Below are positions 48,834 through 59,675 of a stretch of 64,000 nt of DNA, piece by piece. The notes beneath the pieces were generated by a model, which worked only from the letters and a program-made list of their open reading frames with translations, ran no database searches and was not told where the DNA came from. Position numbers and translations under genes: made by a program. The stretch comes from Candidatus Cloacimonadales bacterium. GTDB lineage: Bacteria > Cloacimonadota > Cloacimonadia > Cloacimonadales > JAIOQZ01. The DNA is taken from NCBI GenBank assembly GCA_963674825.1, contig OY771587.1, forward strand, positions 3,200,001 through 3,264,000, written 5' to 3'. How positions within the stretch are numbered: the stretch's first letter is position 1; every line of letters starts with the position of its first letter.

Positions 48834-51560
48834 CTACTTAAGGTATTTGTTTGTTAATAATTCGCGGATATCGACAAAGCGTTCTTCGATTGTATCGATC
48901 CATTTGAGTATTTCTGGGTCGAAATCCGTTTCACTACTATGTTCGATCCGCTCGCTGACCATTCCGATGCCAACAATGCCCAGTGACAGGCTGTTTGATT
49001 TCAGGGAATGCGCGAAACGGTTCAAATCCGCCAGGTTTCGATCCTTATATGCATTTCTCATGCCACTAATTAGAACCTCGACCTGATCGAGATAGGTTCC
49101 GATAACATCGACCATCTCTTCCTCGAGCGGAAGGAGTTCTTTTTCCAGACGTTCAAAGTCAATCAGTTCGTCTCTGTTTTGCGACATTGGCTTTTCATCT
49201 TTTATTGTTTCAAATTTCGTATGCGTTAGCACTGTAATAAGATCTTCGATGCTGAATGGTTTGCCCATATAATTATCGACGCCGGCCCGATCGAGCCTGT
49301 CCTTAATATCGATATAATCGTAAGATGTCGATACAACGATGCGTGGCTGATGCTCTACAGGAAGGGTTGTCTTGATCTCTTCAGCGATCTCCACGCCGTC
49401 GCGTCCAGGCAAGTTCATATCGATGATCAGAAGATCGTATTTATGTCGGCGTAAGACCTGAAGCGCTTCTTCGCCGGTTGACGTGATATCTGCGTGGTAT
49501 CCCAGCTTCCCCAGATAATTGCTGATGATTTTCTGTTCGAAAATATTGTCATCGCAAACGAGGATTCTGGTGGGATATTGCTCGGCAAGGCGTTTATTGT
49601 CGATATGGTTGCCATTCGTGAATTTATCTTTGATTTCTTCGAGATGGAATGCGCTTGCCAGTGCGTGATACAGCTCTCGTTCTTTGAGCGGCTTGACGAT
49701 CGTAAACGATTCCTCAGAAGACTTGTCGTTGCGAATCGCATGCATCTGATTTCGAGTACCGAGGATCAAGACGGGTAACGTCTCGCGCTTGTACTCAAGC
49801 CGGATTCGATGCAACAAACCGAGGTTGCGGCTTCCAAAGAGCGGGACCGAAATGATGACTGCGTCACTGGAATTGAGCAGGTCGCGGATTTCATTTTGAT
49901 TCATGGTATAATCAATGCGCTGGTAATCCATCCCCCAATATTCTGTATATAGGGGAATAATTTTCCGCATCGTGATATCCGAGCCGATACCGAGAAGCCG
50001 TTTTTTATGAAGAATTTGCTTGAGCTGCTTCGTCGGATCGGGTTCTTTAGCGATCTGCTTTTCTGTGGTTACCGTGAAATGAAAGATAGAACCTTTGCCC
50101 ACTTCAGATTCCACCCAGATCCTTCCACCGAGGAGCTCCGAGAGCTGCCGACAGATGGTCAGCCCCAGGCCAGTTCCACCATGGCGTTTGAAGATGCTCG
50201 AATCAGCCTGGCTGAATGCCATGAAAATCTTTTCGAGGTTTTCTTGCTCAATACCGCTTCCTGTATCCTGTACCTGGAAATGCACTTCGATATTGCCGTC
50301 AGGTAGCACCGTTGAATCGACATACACATAAACATAGCCGATAGTGGTAAACTTGATCGCGTTACTGAGCAGGTTGAGCAGAATCTGGCGGATGCGTTCC
50401 ATGTCGCTATTGATGGTGCGCGGTGTAGCGGGGTTGATATAATATGCGAGCTCGAGGCGTTTCTCATCGGCGTTCTGATCGACGACTTTGAAAGCTTCTT
50501 CCACGCAGGTGTGGATGGACATGGGTTGGTGCTCGATTTCGAGCTTGCCGGCTTCGATTTTGGAGAAGTCCAGCAGGTCGTTAATGATAGTCAGAAGCGC
50601 GTTGCCACTGATTTGAAGGATATTGAGGTAGTCTTCCTGAACAGGATCAAGCACGGTGTCTTTCAGTAGTGTCAGGATACCCAGCATGGAATTGATGGGC
50701 GTTCGGATTTCGTGCGTGATGTGCGAGAGGAATAGCGTGCGGCTTTCGTTTGCGCGTCGGGCATTCTCGATCGCTATACTCAAGCGCTGTTGCACCTCTT
50801 TCTGTTGCGAGAGATCGACCAGCACGGCGAGGAATCCGCGTTTATTCATGAAGTCGACCACCGATTCGACCAGATGAACATCCCACTCGATGCGATTGCG
50901 GTTGGTTATACTCAAATCGTGGTGATTTCGTGTATTGTCCTGAAGAAGCTCCGCTTCGATGGCATCGAGCCTTGCTGCAGTTGATGTGGGGAACACGTCA
51001 GTATTCTTGTATCCAATGACCCGTTCGCGAGGCAGGCCGCACATTTCGATGAATTCTCGATTGCATCCGCGGAAAATCCCGTCCTCGTCCTTAAAAAATA
51101 CAGGATTCGGTACTTCCTGGATAAGCGATTCGATTAACTTGGTGCGGCTGGCGATAACTTGCAGGCTCGAGTCCCCGTCCATGATAAGTGGAGCTGAGCG
51201 GCTAATGAAGTCACTGACAATATCACCTAATAATTGATCATTCCAGGATGGATCGATCATATTCATGTTGGGCAGGCTGGCATGATGATCAGTGAAGATC
51301 GTTGGGTTGTCTGCAATTCCAATGCAAGCGATGTGCGAATGTGTCCTGCGGAAATCGTGGATCATCGCGATTGGCGTATGAGAATCGACAAAATAGACAA
51401 AGTATTTGATATCAAGGTATGTTCGACTGTCGCGAAGCGTATTCCAGCTCGCGAAAGGCGCGTTACTAAAATGATTACTATTACGCAAAGAGTGCATGTG
51501 AGATTCCGGGAATCCCACAAAAATCACGTTGTCCACGATAGATTTTTGCCTGATGTTCAT
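48834..51560 (-). CDS. Unorthodox hybrid sensor kinase (PAS-HisKA-HATPase-pseudoREC-REC-Hpt), cytoplasmic
   Basis: PNPVFFKD..G PAS; THEIRTP; NAIKFT; GGTGLGL; IDMNLP; AHSLKS Hpt; no TM segment seen. Confidence 0.9.
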   Translation of the reverse strand: MNIRQKSIVDNVIFVGFPESHMHSLRNSNHFSNAPFASWNTLRDSRTYLDIKYFVYFVDSHTPIAMIHDFRRTHSHIACIGIADNPTIFTDHHASLPNMNMIDPSWNDQLLGDIVSDFISRSAPLIMDGDSSLQVIASRTKLIESLIQEVPNPVFFKDEDGIFRGCNREFIEMCGLPRERVIGYKNTDVFPTSTAARLDAIEAELLQDNTRNHHDLSITNRNRIEWDVHLVESVVDFMNKRGFLAVLVDLSQQKEVQQRLSIAIENARRANESRTLFLSHITHEIRTPINSMLGILTLLKDTVLDPVQEDYLNILQISGNALLTIINDLLDFSKIEAGKLEIEHQPMSIHTCVEEAFKVVDQNADEKRLELAYYINPATPRTINSDMERIRQILLNLLSNAIKFTTIGYVYVYVDSTVLPDGNIEVHFQVQDTGSGIEQENLEKIFMAFSQADSSIFKRHGGTGLGLTICRQLSELLGGRIWVESEVGKGSIFHFTVTTEKQIAKEPDPTKQLKQILHKKRLLGIGSDITMRKIIPLYTEYWGMDYQRIDYTMNQNEIRDLLNSSDAVIISVPLFGSRNLGLLHRIRLEYKRETLPVLILGTRNQMHAIRNDKSSEESFTIVKPLKERELYHALASAFHLEEIKDKFTNGNHIDNKRLAEQYPTRILVCDDNIFEQKIISNYLGKLGYHADITSTGEEALQVLRRHKYDLLIIDMNLPGRDGVEIAEEIKTTLPVEHQPRIVVSTSYDYIDIKDRLDRAGVDNYMGKPFSIEDLITVLTHTKFETIKDEKPMSQNRDELIDFERLEKELLPLEEEMVDVIGTYLDQVEVLISGMRNAYKDRNLADLNRFAHSLKSNSLSLGIVGIGMVSERIEHSSETDFDPEILKWIDTIEERFVDIRELLTNKYLK

Positions 51561-51824
51561 AGTCCTTTTTCCCAACCCGGCAGAAACAGCGTGGACATCG
51601 AACGGACTTCATGATTTCCCCAATAAGCCACGTACTGTCCTACCACGCCATAACATGGAGGATGTCATTTATGTCAATTATAAATTAATCTGAGAAGACG
51701 ATTTTTACTGAAGAATCTGAAATATTTAGGGATCGTAATGTTTTGCTTGTGGGGTAACGGTTTGAAAAGCAGGCCAGAACTCCTTGCGTGACAATCAATT
51801 TAACTGGAATATGTGCTTTTTTGA

Positions 51825-51853
51825 TTGACATATCATATCGGCATAAATATCAT
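51825..51853 (+). promoter_or_regulatory. Putative sigma70 promoter of the tilS-hpt-ftsH-hslVU operon
   Basis: TTGACA-17 nt-TATCAT. Confidence 0.7.
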
Positions 51854-51912
51854 GAATATACAGAATTATCGCAAAGTCGCGTGGCGAAAGCAACGCAATA
51901 TCGGAGATGCAC

Positions 51913-53349
51913 ATGACGTTCTTGCGGAATTTCCTGCAACGATTCGAAGATTTTGCCATTGAGAAGAAGCTGCTTCAAAACAGACAGCACATCCTTGTCG
52001 GCGTATCCGGCGGACCCGATTCCACTGCGCTCTTGCAAGCTCTCTACCACTTGAGGCCAAAGTACCGGCTGCATATCCTGGCCGCCCATGTAAACTACAA
52101 CACGCGCGGAGAAGATTCAAAAGCGGACGAAGCATTCGTAAAAAAGCTCTGCTTCGAGCGCAATATCGGTATCGTCTCAAAGCAGGCGCATCTTGACCTT
52201 GATCTCTCCAATTTCGAGAATGAAGCGCGCGAGATCCGTATGGCGTACTTTGAAACGTTGCAGAAGCAATACCGTATTCACCGTATCGCGCTTGGTCATA
52301 ACAAAGAAGATCAGGCGGAGACGGTTCTGTTCCGGATGTTCCGTGGCGCTGCAGTATCTGGCTTGAAAGGGATTCTTCCGCTCAGTGGTGACATCATCCA
52401 TCCGCTACTGCCGTTTTCCAGAAGCGAGATTGAGCATTTTCTTGTCGAGGAAGGCATCCAGTGGCGAACCGATGCGAGTAACCTGGAAAACCATTACACA
52501 CGTAATCGTATCCGCAACGAACTTTTCCCCTGGATTGAAACAAATATCAATCCGCAAATCGTGGATAAGCTATACGATTCGGCAGGCATCTTCGCCGAAA
52601 CGGAAGAAATACTGCGGGATATTGTGCTGAGACGGCTGAACAAGCATAACATCAGCAAGATGGAATTCTCCATCAAGATCCCCATCTCGCTATTGGAAAA
52701 GCAACGGCCTGTGTTGCGGTTTTATATGTATCGCGAGATTTACAACTACCTTAAGGGCGATGAGAAAGACTTTTATACGGTTCACTTCGAGAGGATCGAG
52801 AAGATCTTCGATTCGCGGGGAAGCAAACAGATTGATTTGCCCAGCGATATTGTGCTCTTCAAGGAATACGATCATCTGATATTCTGCCGCAAAGACGCGA
52901 TCGAAGAACCCGAACCCGAAGCCGAGCGCGAAATACCCTCGATTCGAAACCGTTTCATGTTCGGTAGTTACCGCTTCTTCATGAAAAAGGTGAAACAACT
53001 TCCCGCGAAAAAGCGTTCTCCAGTTGAACAAAATGTGTGTTATCTCGATATGGATAAAATCGAGTTTCCTCTCACGCTTCGTTACCGGAGACCCGGAGAT
53101 CGCTTTAATCCCTTTGGTATGGAGCATTCCAAGAAGCTTAAGGATTTTTTCATTGACGAAAAGGTCTCCAGGTTCGAGAGAGATAAGATTGTCATTCTGA
53201 CAGATCAGAATAACATATTATGGATTTGCGGTTATCGTTCCGATCAACGATCAGCGGTTACCGAAGAGACAAAAAATATACTGATGGTTCGCGTGGAGCG
53301 AGTAAACTCGAGCCGTCCGCGAACTGCCAATAGAAAGAAAAAAGGATGA
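51913..53349 (+). CDS. tilS: tRNA(Ile)-lysidine synthetase
   Basis: SGGPDS PP-loop, H..EDQAET and D.SN....YTRNRIR motifs; GGAG RBS favours ATG 51913. Confidence 0.96.
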   Translation: MTFLRNFLQRFEDFAIEKKLLQNRQHILVGVSGGPDSTALLQALYHLRPKYRLHILAAHVNYNTRGEDSKADEAFVKKLCFERNIGIVSKQAHLDLDLSNFENEAREIRMAYFETLQKQYRIHRIALGHNKEDQAETVLFRMFRGAAVSGLKGILPLSGDIIHPLLPFSRSEIEHFLVEEGIQWRTDASNLENHYTRNRIRNELFPWIETNINPQIVDKLYDSAGIFAETEEILRDIVLRRLNKHNISKMEFSIKIPISLLEKQRPVLRFYMYREIYNYLKGDEKDFYTVHFERIEKIFDSRGSKQIDLPSDIVLFKEYDHLIFCRKDAIEEPEPEAEREIPSIRNRFMFGSYRFFMKKVKQLPAKKRSPVEQNVCYLDMDKIEFPLTLRYRRPGDRFNPFGMEHSKKLKDFFIDEKVSRFERDKIVILTDQNNILWICGYRSDQRSAVTEETKNILMVRVERVNSSRPRTANRKKKG

Positions 53350-53353
53350 TTTC

Positions 53354-53890
53354 ATGAATAACGATATATCAACGGTGCTTTTCGATGAAGGCATGATCCA
53401 GAAGCGCGTTCGTGAATTGGGTGCAATCCTCTCGAAACGCTATGAGGACAAGAATCCCGTCTTCATATGCATTCTTCGTGGAGGTGTTCTATTCCTTTCC
53501 GACATCGTACGCAGTATCACCATTCCCATCGAGATCGATTTCATGTCCATCTCCAGCTATGGCGACAGCACGCAGTCGTCAGGCGTGGTGAAAATCCGCA
53601 AGGATATCGACACCGATCTCACCGGAAGAGATGTGGTGATCGTGGAAGATATTGTCGATAGCGGACTCTCGCTTCAGTATATAATCGAATATCTGAAAAA
53701 ACACAATCCGGCATCCGTCTGTACCTGCGTCCTTCTGGACAAACCCGCAGCGCATAAGATCGATGTCGAGATAGATTACACCGGATTTGAAATTGGCAAT
53801 GACTTTGTGGTTGGTTACGGACTTGATTTCGCGGAGAAATACCGAAACCTACCCTTCATCGGTATTTTGAAAGAGGAAGTATATAAATGA
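53354..53890 (+). CDS. hpt: Hypoxanthine phosphoribosyltransferase
   Basis: [12 protein letters not shown] and FVVGYGLD...YRNLP motifs. Confidence 0.97.
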   Translation: MNNDISTVLFDEGMIQKRVRELGAILSKRYEDKNPVFICILRGGVLFLSDIVRSITIPIEIDFMSISSYGDSTQSSGVVKIRKDIDTDLTGRDVVIVEDIVDSGLSLQYIIEYLKKHNPASVCTCVLLDKPAAHKIDVEIDYTGFEIGNDFVVGYGLDFAEKYRNLPFIGILKEEVYK

Positions 53891-55884
53891 ATCAGAATCC
53901 CAGAGATCCCCGGGATGATCAACCGAAAAAAATGTTCCCGAAATTCAAACGGACTCAGTCGATAACACTCTGGATCGTGTTGTTTCTGTTCCTTATAATA
54001 GCCTATAATTTTTATTTTCGTCAGGATACTATCAAGACGGTAACCTATTCGGAATTCATCGCGATGGCGGAGAATGGAGCAATCATTCAGGCGGAGTTCA
54101 ATAACCGCGACGTGCAGTTTGTGAACGGGGCCAATGAGAAATTCCAGACCCATATGCCGTTTGAAGATCCCGAATTGATCCGCGATCTGGCGAAGAAAGT
54201 GAATGTTTCATCACAACGACCGTCGAAGTTCCTCTCCATCCTCATCGGATGGCTGCCTATCCTGATTTTTATCGGGTTCTGGATCTTTATGATGCGATCC
54301 ATGCAAGGCGGTGGGAATCGTGCCTTCAGTTTCGGCAAGAGCCGGGCAAGGCTTTTCATCGGTGGCAAAACGAACAAGACTTTCAAGGATGTCGCCGGCG
54401 TGGACGAAGCTAAAGAAGAGCTGGAAGAGATTGTTGAGTACCTCAAAGCTCCGGCGAAGTTCCAGCGTTTGGGTGGACGTATTCCACGCGGTGTGCTACT
54501 ACTCGGAAGACCCGGTACCGGTAAGACTCTCCTTGCGAAAGCTGTTGCGGGTGAAGCGGGTGTGCCGTTCTTCAGTATCAGCGGTTCAGACTTCGTGGAA
54601 ATGTTTGTTGGTGTGGGCGCTTCTCGCGTTCGTGACCTCTTCGAGCAGGCCAAGCGCAATGCTCCCTGTATCGCGTTTATCGACGAGATCGACGCGGTGG
54701 GACGTCATCGCGGAACTGGCCTCGGCGGTGGCCACGACGAACGTGAACAGACACTCAATCAGCTTCTGGTGGAGATGGATGGCTTTGAGCAAAACGACTC
54801 GGTGATCATCATCGCCGCAACGAATAGAGCGGATGTGCTTGATCCCGCGTTGATGCGTCCGGGACGCTTCGACCGCCAGGTGATCGTCGATCTGCCGGAT
54901 ATCAAGGGCCGTGAAGAGATTCTCAAGGTCCATGTGCGCAAGCTCCCGATCTCGGAATCGGTCAACCTTAAGGTGATCGCCCGGGCAACACCGGGATTCA
55001 GTGGCGCTGACCTGGCTAACCTGGTCAACGAAGCCGCGCTTCTTGCTGCCAGACGCAATCGTAAGAAAATCGAGATGGAAGATTTCGAAGAGGCTCGCGA
55101 CAAGGAGACCCTTGGAAAGGAACGCAAGAGTAAAGTCATCTCCGAAGAGGAGAAAAAGATTACCGCCTACCACGAGGTCGGGCATGTTCTTTGTTCCATC
55201 TTCCAGGAGAAGACCGACACCCTGCACAAGGTGACGATCATCCCGCGCGGATTGGCCGGCGGTGTGACGCAGTACCTTGGCAAGGACCGGATGTACTACA
55301 CCAAGAGATTCCTTGAACAGCGCATCGTGATGTCCCTCGGTGGACGCGCAGCGGAAGAGATCATCTTCGGCGAGATAACCACGGGCGCTTCGAGCGATAT
55401 CGAATATGCTACATACCTGGCTCGCAAAATGATCACCAAGTGGGGTATGAGCGACAGCATCGGTCCGATCGCGATCGGTAAAGAGGATTCGCAGGTATTC
55501 CTCGGTAAGGAGCTGACTCAGCGCGAATCGCTGAGCGAGCACACCTCGATGTCAGTCGATACAGAGATTCACAGCCTCATCATGAATTCTTACCAGACGG
55601 CGAAGAAGATCCTCGAAGATCATCGCGTCGTGCTGGATGAGATGTCGATGGCTCTCCTCGAAAAAGAAACACTCAATCTGGACGAGATGTTCGAGATTAC
55701 ACTCAAGCATATTTCGGATGAAGAGAGAGACATCGTGAAGAAGAAATACGATTCTTCGCTCGAAATGAGAATGACTGATGAAGAAGATCAGACAATCGAT
55801 AACGAACCGGAACCAGTCGAGATGCCGAACGTGGAAGAACCACCGGCAATGGATGAACCAGGCGAGGGAATCAATGAGCATTGA
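53887..55884 (+). CDS. ftsH: ATP-dependent zinc metalloprotease FtsH
   Basis: Two TMs; PGTGKT; FIDEID; RPGRFDR; HEVGH. Confidence 0.98.
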   Translation: MNQNPRDPRDDQPKKMFPKFKRTQSITLWIVLFLFLIIAYNFYFRQDTIKTVTYSEFIAMAENGAIIQAEFNNRDVQFVNGANEKFQTHMPFEDPELIRDLAKKVNVSSQRPSKFLSILIGWLPILIFIGFWIFMMRSMQGGGNRAFSFGKSRARLFIGGKTNKTFKDVAGVDEAKEELEEIVEYLKAPAKFQRLGGRIPRGVLLLGRPGTGKTLLAKAVAGEAGVPFFSISGSDFVEMFVGVGASRVRDLFEQAKRNAPCIAFIDEIDAVGRHRGTGLGGGHDEREQTLNQLLVEMDGFEQNDSVIIIAATNRADVLDPALMRPGRFDRQVIVDLPDIKGREEILKVHVRKLPISESVNLKVIARATPGFSGADLANLVNEAALLAARRNRKKIEMEDFEEARDKETLGKERKSKVISEEEKKITAYHEVGHVLCSIFQEKTDTLHKVTIIPRGLAGGVTQYLGKDRMYYTKRFLEQRIVMSLGGRAAEEIIFGEITTGASSDIEYATYLARKMITKWGMSDSIGPIAIGKEDSQVFLGKELTQRESLSEHTSMSVDTEIHSLIMNSYQTAKKILEDHRVVLDEMSMALLEKETLNLDEMFEITLKHISDEERDIVKKKYDSSLEMRMTDEEDQTIDNEPEPVEMPNVEEPPAMDEPGEGINEH

Positions 55885-56410
55885 GCTTAGGGGAACGACC
55901 ATCATCGGGATGCTGCGCGACGGCAAACTGGCGATTGGCGGGGACGGACAGGTTACCTTCGGAAACACCATTCTCAAGGGTAACGCGGTCAAGATCAGAA
56001 GGCTTTACGGTGAAAATATCATCGCGGGTTTCGCAGGGGCTACGGCGGATGCGTTCACGCTCTTCGAGAAATTCGAATCAAAGCTGAAAGAGTACAAGGG
56101 CAACCTGAAGCGCGCTGCGGTCGAGCTCGCGAAGGACTGGCGCAGCGATAAGGTACTCCGTCGCCTGGAAGCAATGATCATCGTGGGCGATAAAGAAAAC
56201 CTGCTGCTTCTCTCCGGTACCGGCGACGTGGTAGAGACCGAGGACGGTATCACCGCGATTGGTTCGGGCGGAAGCTATGCACTGGCTGCTGCACGAGCAC
56301 TGAATGCGAATACCGGCTTGGAGCCACGTGAGATCGTGCGGAAATCCCTGGAAATCGCCGCGGATATATGCATATACTCAAACCGGAATATTATCGTCGA
56401 AGAACTGTAG
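55874..56410 (+). CDS. hslV: ATP-dependent protease subunit HslV
   Basis: [19 protein letters not shown] and IGSGG motifs; start placed at MSIELRG. Confidence 0.96.
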   Translation: MSIELRGTTIIGMLRDGKLAIGGDGQVTFGNTILKGNAVKIRRLYGENIIAGFAGATADAFTLFEKFESKLKEYKGNLKRAAVELAKDWRSDKVLRRLEAMIIVGDKENLLLLSGTGDVVETEDGITAIGSGGSYALAAARALNANTGLEPREIVRKSLEIAADICIYSNRNIIVEEL

Positions 56411-56460
56411 GCTTTCTAATCGCAATATCATCGTCGAAGAGCTATAGGCTTTCGACTCAC
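56387..56460 (+). repeat. 37-bp tandem duplication of the hslV 3' end
   Basis: 56387-56423 vs 56424-56460 match at 31/37. Confidence 0.9.
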
Positions 56461-56480
56461 AAAAGAATCATGGAAGAAGT

Positions 56481-57827
<1,347 letters not shown>

Positions 57828-57854
57828 CGCAATCCTGACGAATCTGAGTTTTAC

Positions 57855-57880
57855 AAGGGCAATCCGATGTGGTTGCCCTT
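57855..57880. terminator. Terminator hairpin between convergent genes
   Basis: AAGGGCAATC-CGATGT-GGTTGCCCTT followed by TATAT. Confidence 0.7.
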
Positions 57881-57891
57881 TATATACAACC

Positions 57892-59460
57892 CTATTTCAA
57901 CATGACCATTTTGTGGGAAATGATCTCCTTACCGTTGCTGATACGATACAGATAAATACCACTTGAAACAGGTGTGCCCATTTCGTTCATGCCGTCCCAT
58001 GTTACCTCGTGATCTCCAGCACTCAGACGCTCGTTTAAGAGTGATTTTACAAGTTGTCCGCGAGTGTTATAGATGTTGATTACGACATCTCCTGGAGTTG
58101 GTAAAGATAAAGCGATGGTAGTTGTCGGATTGAATGGATTGGGATAATTTTCTACGACAATCTCGTATGGAGCGGAATTAGTTGGATTGTTGATTGCGAC
58201 CGTGTAAGATCCATGCCATATCTCGATATCCGAACCGTTACAACCGATGAAGACGAGTGTGCCGCTTTCGAGTCGCTCGATATTGCTTGGTGTGAATGGG
58301 GCATTTCCGCAATCAATCACGTCGCCGTTTTCGCGATTACGAATCTCCCAGTGTGAGGATGCGGGAGCGAAGTACATTGTCATCGGTATATCGCTTCCGT
58401 ATGCAATGCAACTAGATGCGCACATTCCGTTGAGAAGCATATCATCGCTCATGGTAGATTCTGTGCTTTCCCATACGATGTTGCCCGAGAGGTCCACCTC
58501 GTAAAATGTGCAGGTGTAGGTCCTGTCTGCTGAGCTGAAATCGACTGAGAGAATGGTTATGGTTGCAGGTGATTCTGTGTAATTATCGGACAACAAAACA
58601 TAGCGATCACAGGTATATGCGTCACTATAGAATTCATGGAGATGTGTATGATGAGTAAAAAAGTAATCATTCGTATAAATTCCATTTGACACACTTGTAA
58701 AAACCTGTTCTCCATCGTAGTGATCTGATCTCGCCGCAAATCGAGCTGCGAAAATAACGGGAAATCCTGAATTATCACCCGATATGACATCCCATCCGAT
58801 GTCTTCAACGTTTTGATAACTTATAGAATCACCGAAGGCTATAATACACGTTTTCGGAAAAGTCCAGTAGTCGTCGTAGTTGAACTCTTCATGATCCTGA
58901 GAGACGCTACTGGTCGAGAATGGAGCACAAAGTGTGCATTCATCGGAAATTCCAGATTGAGTTATGCATTGGTTAGGAACCGCACTGTAGCCCATCAGTA
59001 TGCTTTGCCAATCATCGCTTATGAAAGAACTTGTAAATTCCTGGACGATGTGAGTGTCAATACACTCCGTTGTTTCGAGGTTGTAGATTTCGGAAATCAG
59101 AGTGGTTCTGCTTGTCCAGTTGCGAGTTTCGTATTCTCGTTCACCGACCTCGACCCGATTCAACACGATGTAACGATTATTATCGTATTCGAAGTAACTC
59201 ATCGTTCTGTTGTCAGTGCTATCGGGCATGGCGATGGCCATGCTTTCGATCGGATTCCCTTCGATATCGTGAATTGACACGAAAACATTGAGCATATCCT
59301 GTGAATAGACGATGATCCTGTCTGTTCCCCCTACGGACTTCACCTCTGCAAAAGAGAACTCGCCATTGGTGATTGAGAAAGCTCCGGTTTGATTGAATTC
59401 AACCAACGCAAGAAGTTGAGCTGTGCAAACTAATACGATAAAAGTCCATAAAGCCCTCAT
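57892..59460 (-). CDS. Secreted protein with FlgD-Ig/T9SS-type CTD
   Basis: GGAGG RBS before ATG 59460; signal peptide; NYPNPFNPTT...WDG.N..G..VSSGIY...KMVMLK. Confidence 0.82.
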   Translation of the reverse strand: MRALWTFIVLVCTAQLLALVEFNQTGAFSITNGEFSFAEVKSVGGTDRIIVYSQDMLNVFVSIHDIEGNPIESMAIAMPDSTDNRTMSYFEYDNNRYIVLNRVEVGEREYETRNWTSRTTLISEIYNLETTECIDTHIVQEFTSSFISDDWQSILMGYSAVPNQCITQSGISDECTLCAPFSTSSVSQDHEEFNYDDYWTFPKTCIIAFGDSISYQNVEDIGWDVISGDNSGFPVIFAARFAARSDHYDGEQVFTSVSNGIYTNDYFFTHHTHLHEFYSDAYTCDRYVLLSDNYTESPATITILSVDFSSADRTYTCTFYEVDLSGNIVWESTESTMSDDMLLNGMCASSCIAYGSDIPMTMYFAPASSHWEIRNRENGDVIDCGNAPFTPSNIERLESGTLVFIGCNGSDIEIWHGSYTVAINNPTNSAPYEIVVENYPNPFNPTTTIALSLPTPGDVVINIYNTRGQLVKSLLNERLSAGDHEVTWDGMNEMGTPVSSGIYLYRISNGKEIISHKMVMLK

Positions 59461-59495
59461 TGTAACCTCCGTTTGTTTTGACACTGATTAACAAA

Positions 59496-59523
59496 ACCAT
59501 ATCGACTGGCATGGATCTGTCAA
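59496..59523 (-). promoter_or_regulatory. Putative sigma70 promoter
   Basis: Minus strand TTGACA-16 nt-TATGGT. Confidence 0.55.
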
Positions 59524-59675
59524 AGTATTTTCCTGTAATATGACGTATGCTGTATAAAGCCGTACAAGCATCCTTTGGCATCTCGATTGCACATAGTAAA
59601 TATGGGAAACCGTTTTAGCGGAAAATCTTTCCCATCACTCAATCCAACAGGGAAGTGAAGAATTGAGGATAAGAC

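Noticed and set aside
51868..51906. c-di-GMP-I (GEMM) riboswitch in the tilS leader (GCAAA...GAAA...ACGCAA)
   Set aside because: Only a short GAAA-tetraloop hairpin is present. The P1 spacing is wrong and there is no second stem before the RBS.
54586..55542. 318-aa minus-strand ORF and similar ORFs opposite hslU
   Set aside because: Antisense shadows of ftsH and hslU caused by codon bias.
59602..59635. Regulatory RNA or JUMPStart upstream of asnB (ATGGGAAA...TTTCCCAT)
   Set aside because: Only an 8-bp inverted repeat, with no ops (GGCGGTAG) or recognisable riboswitch core.
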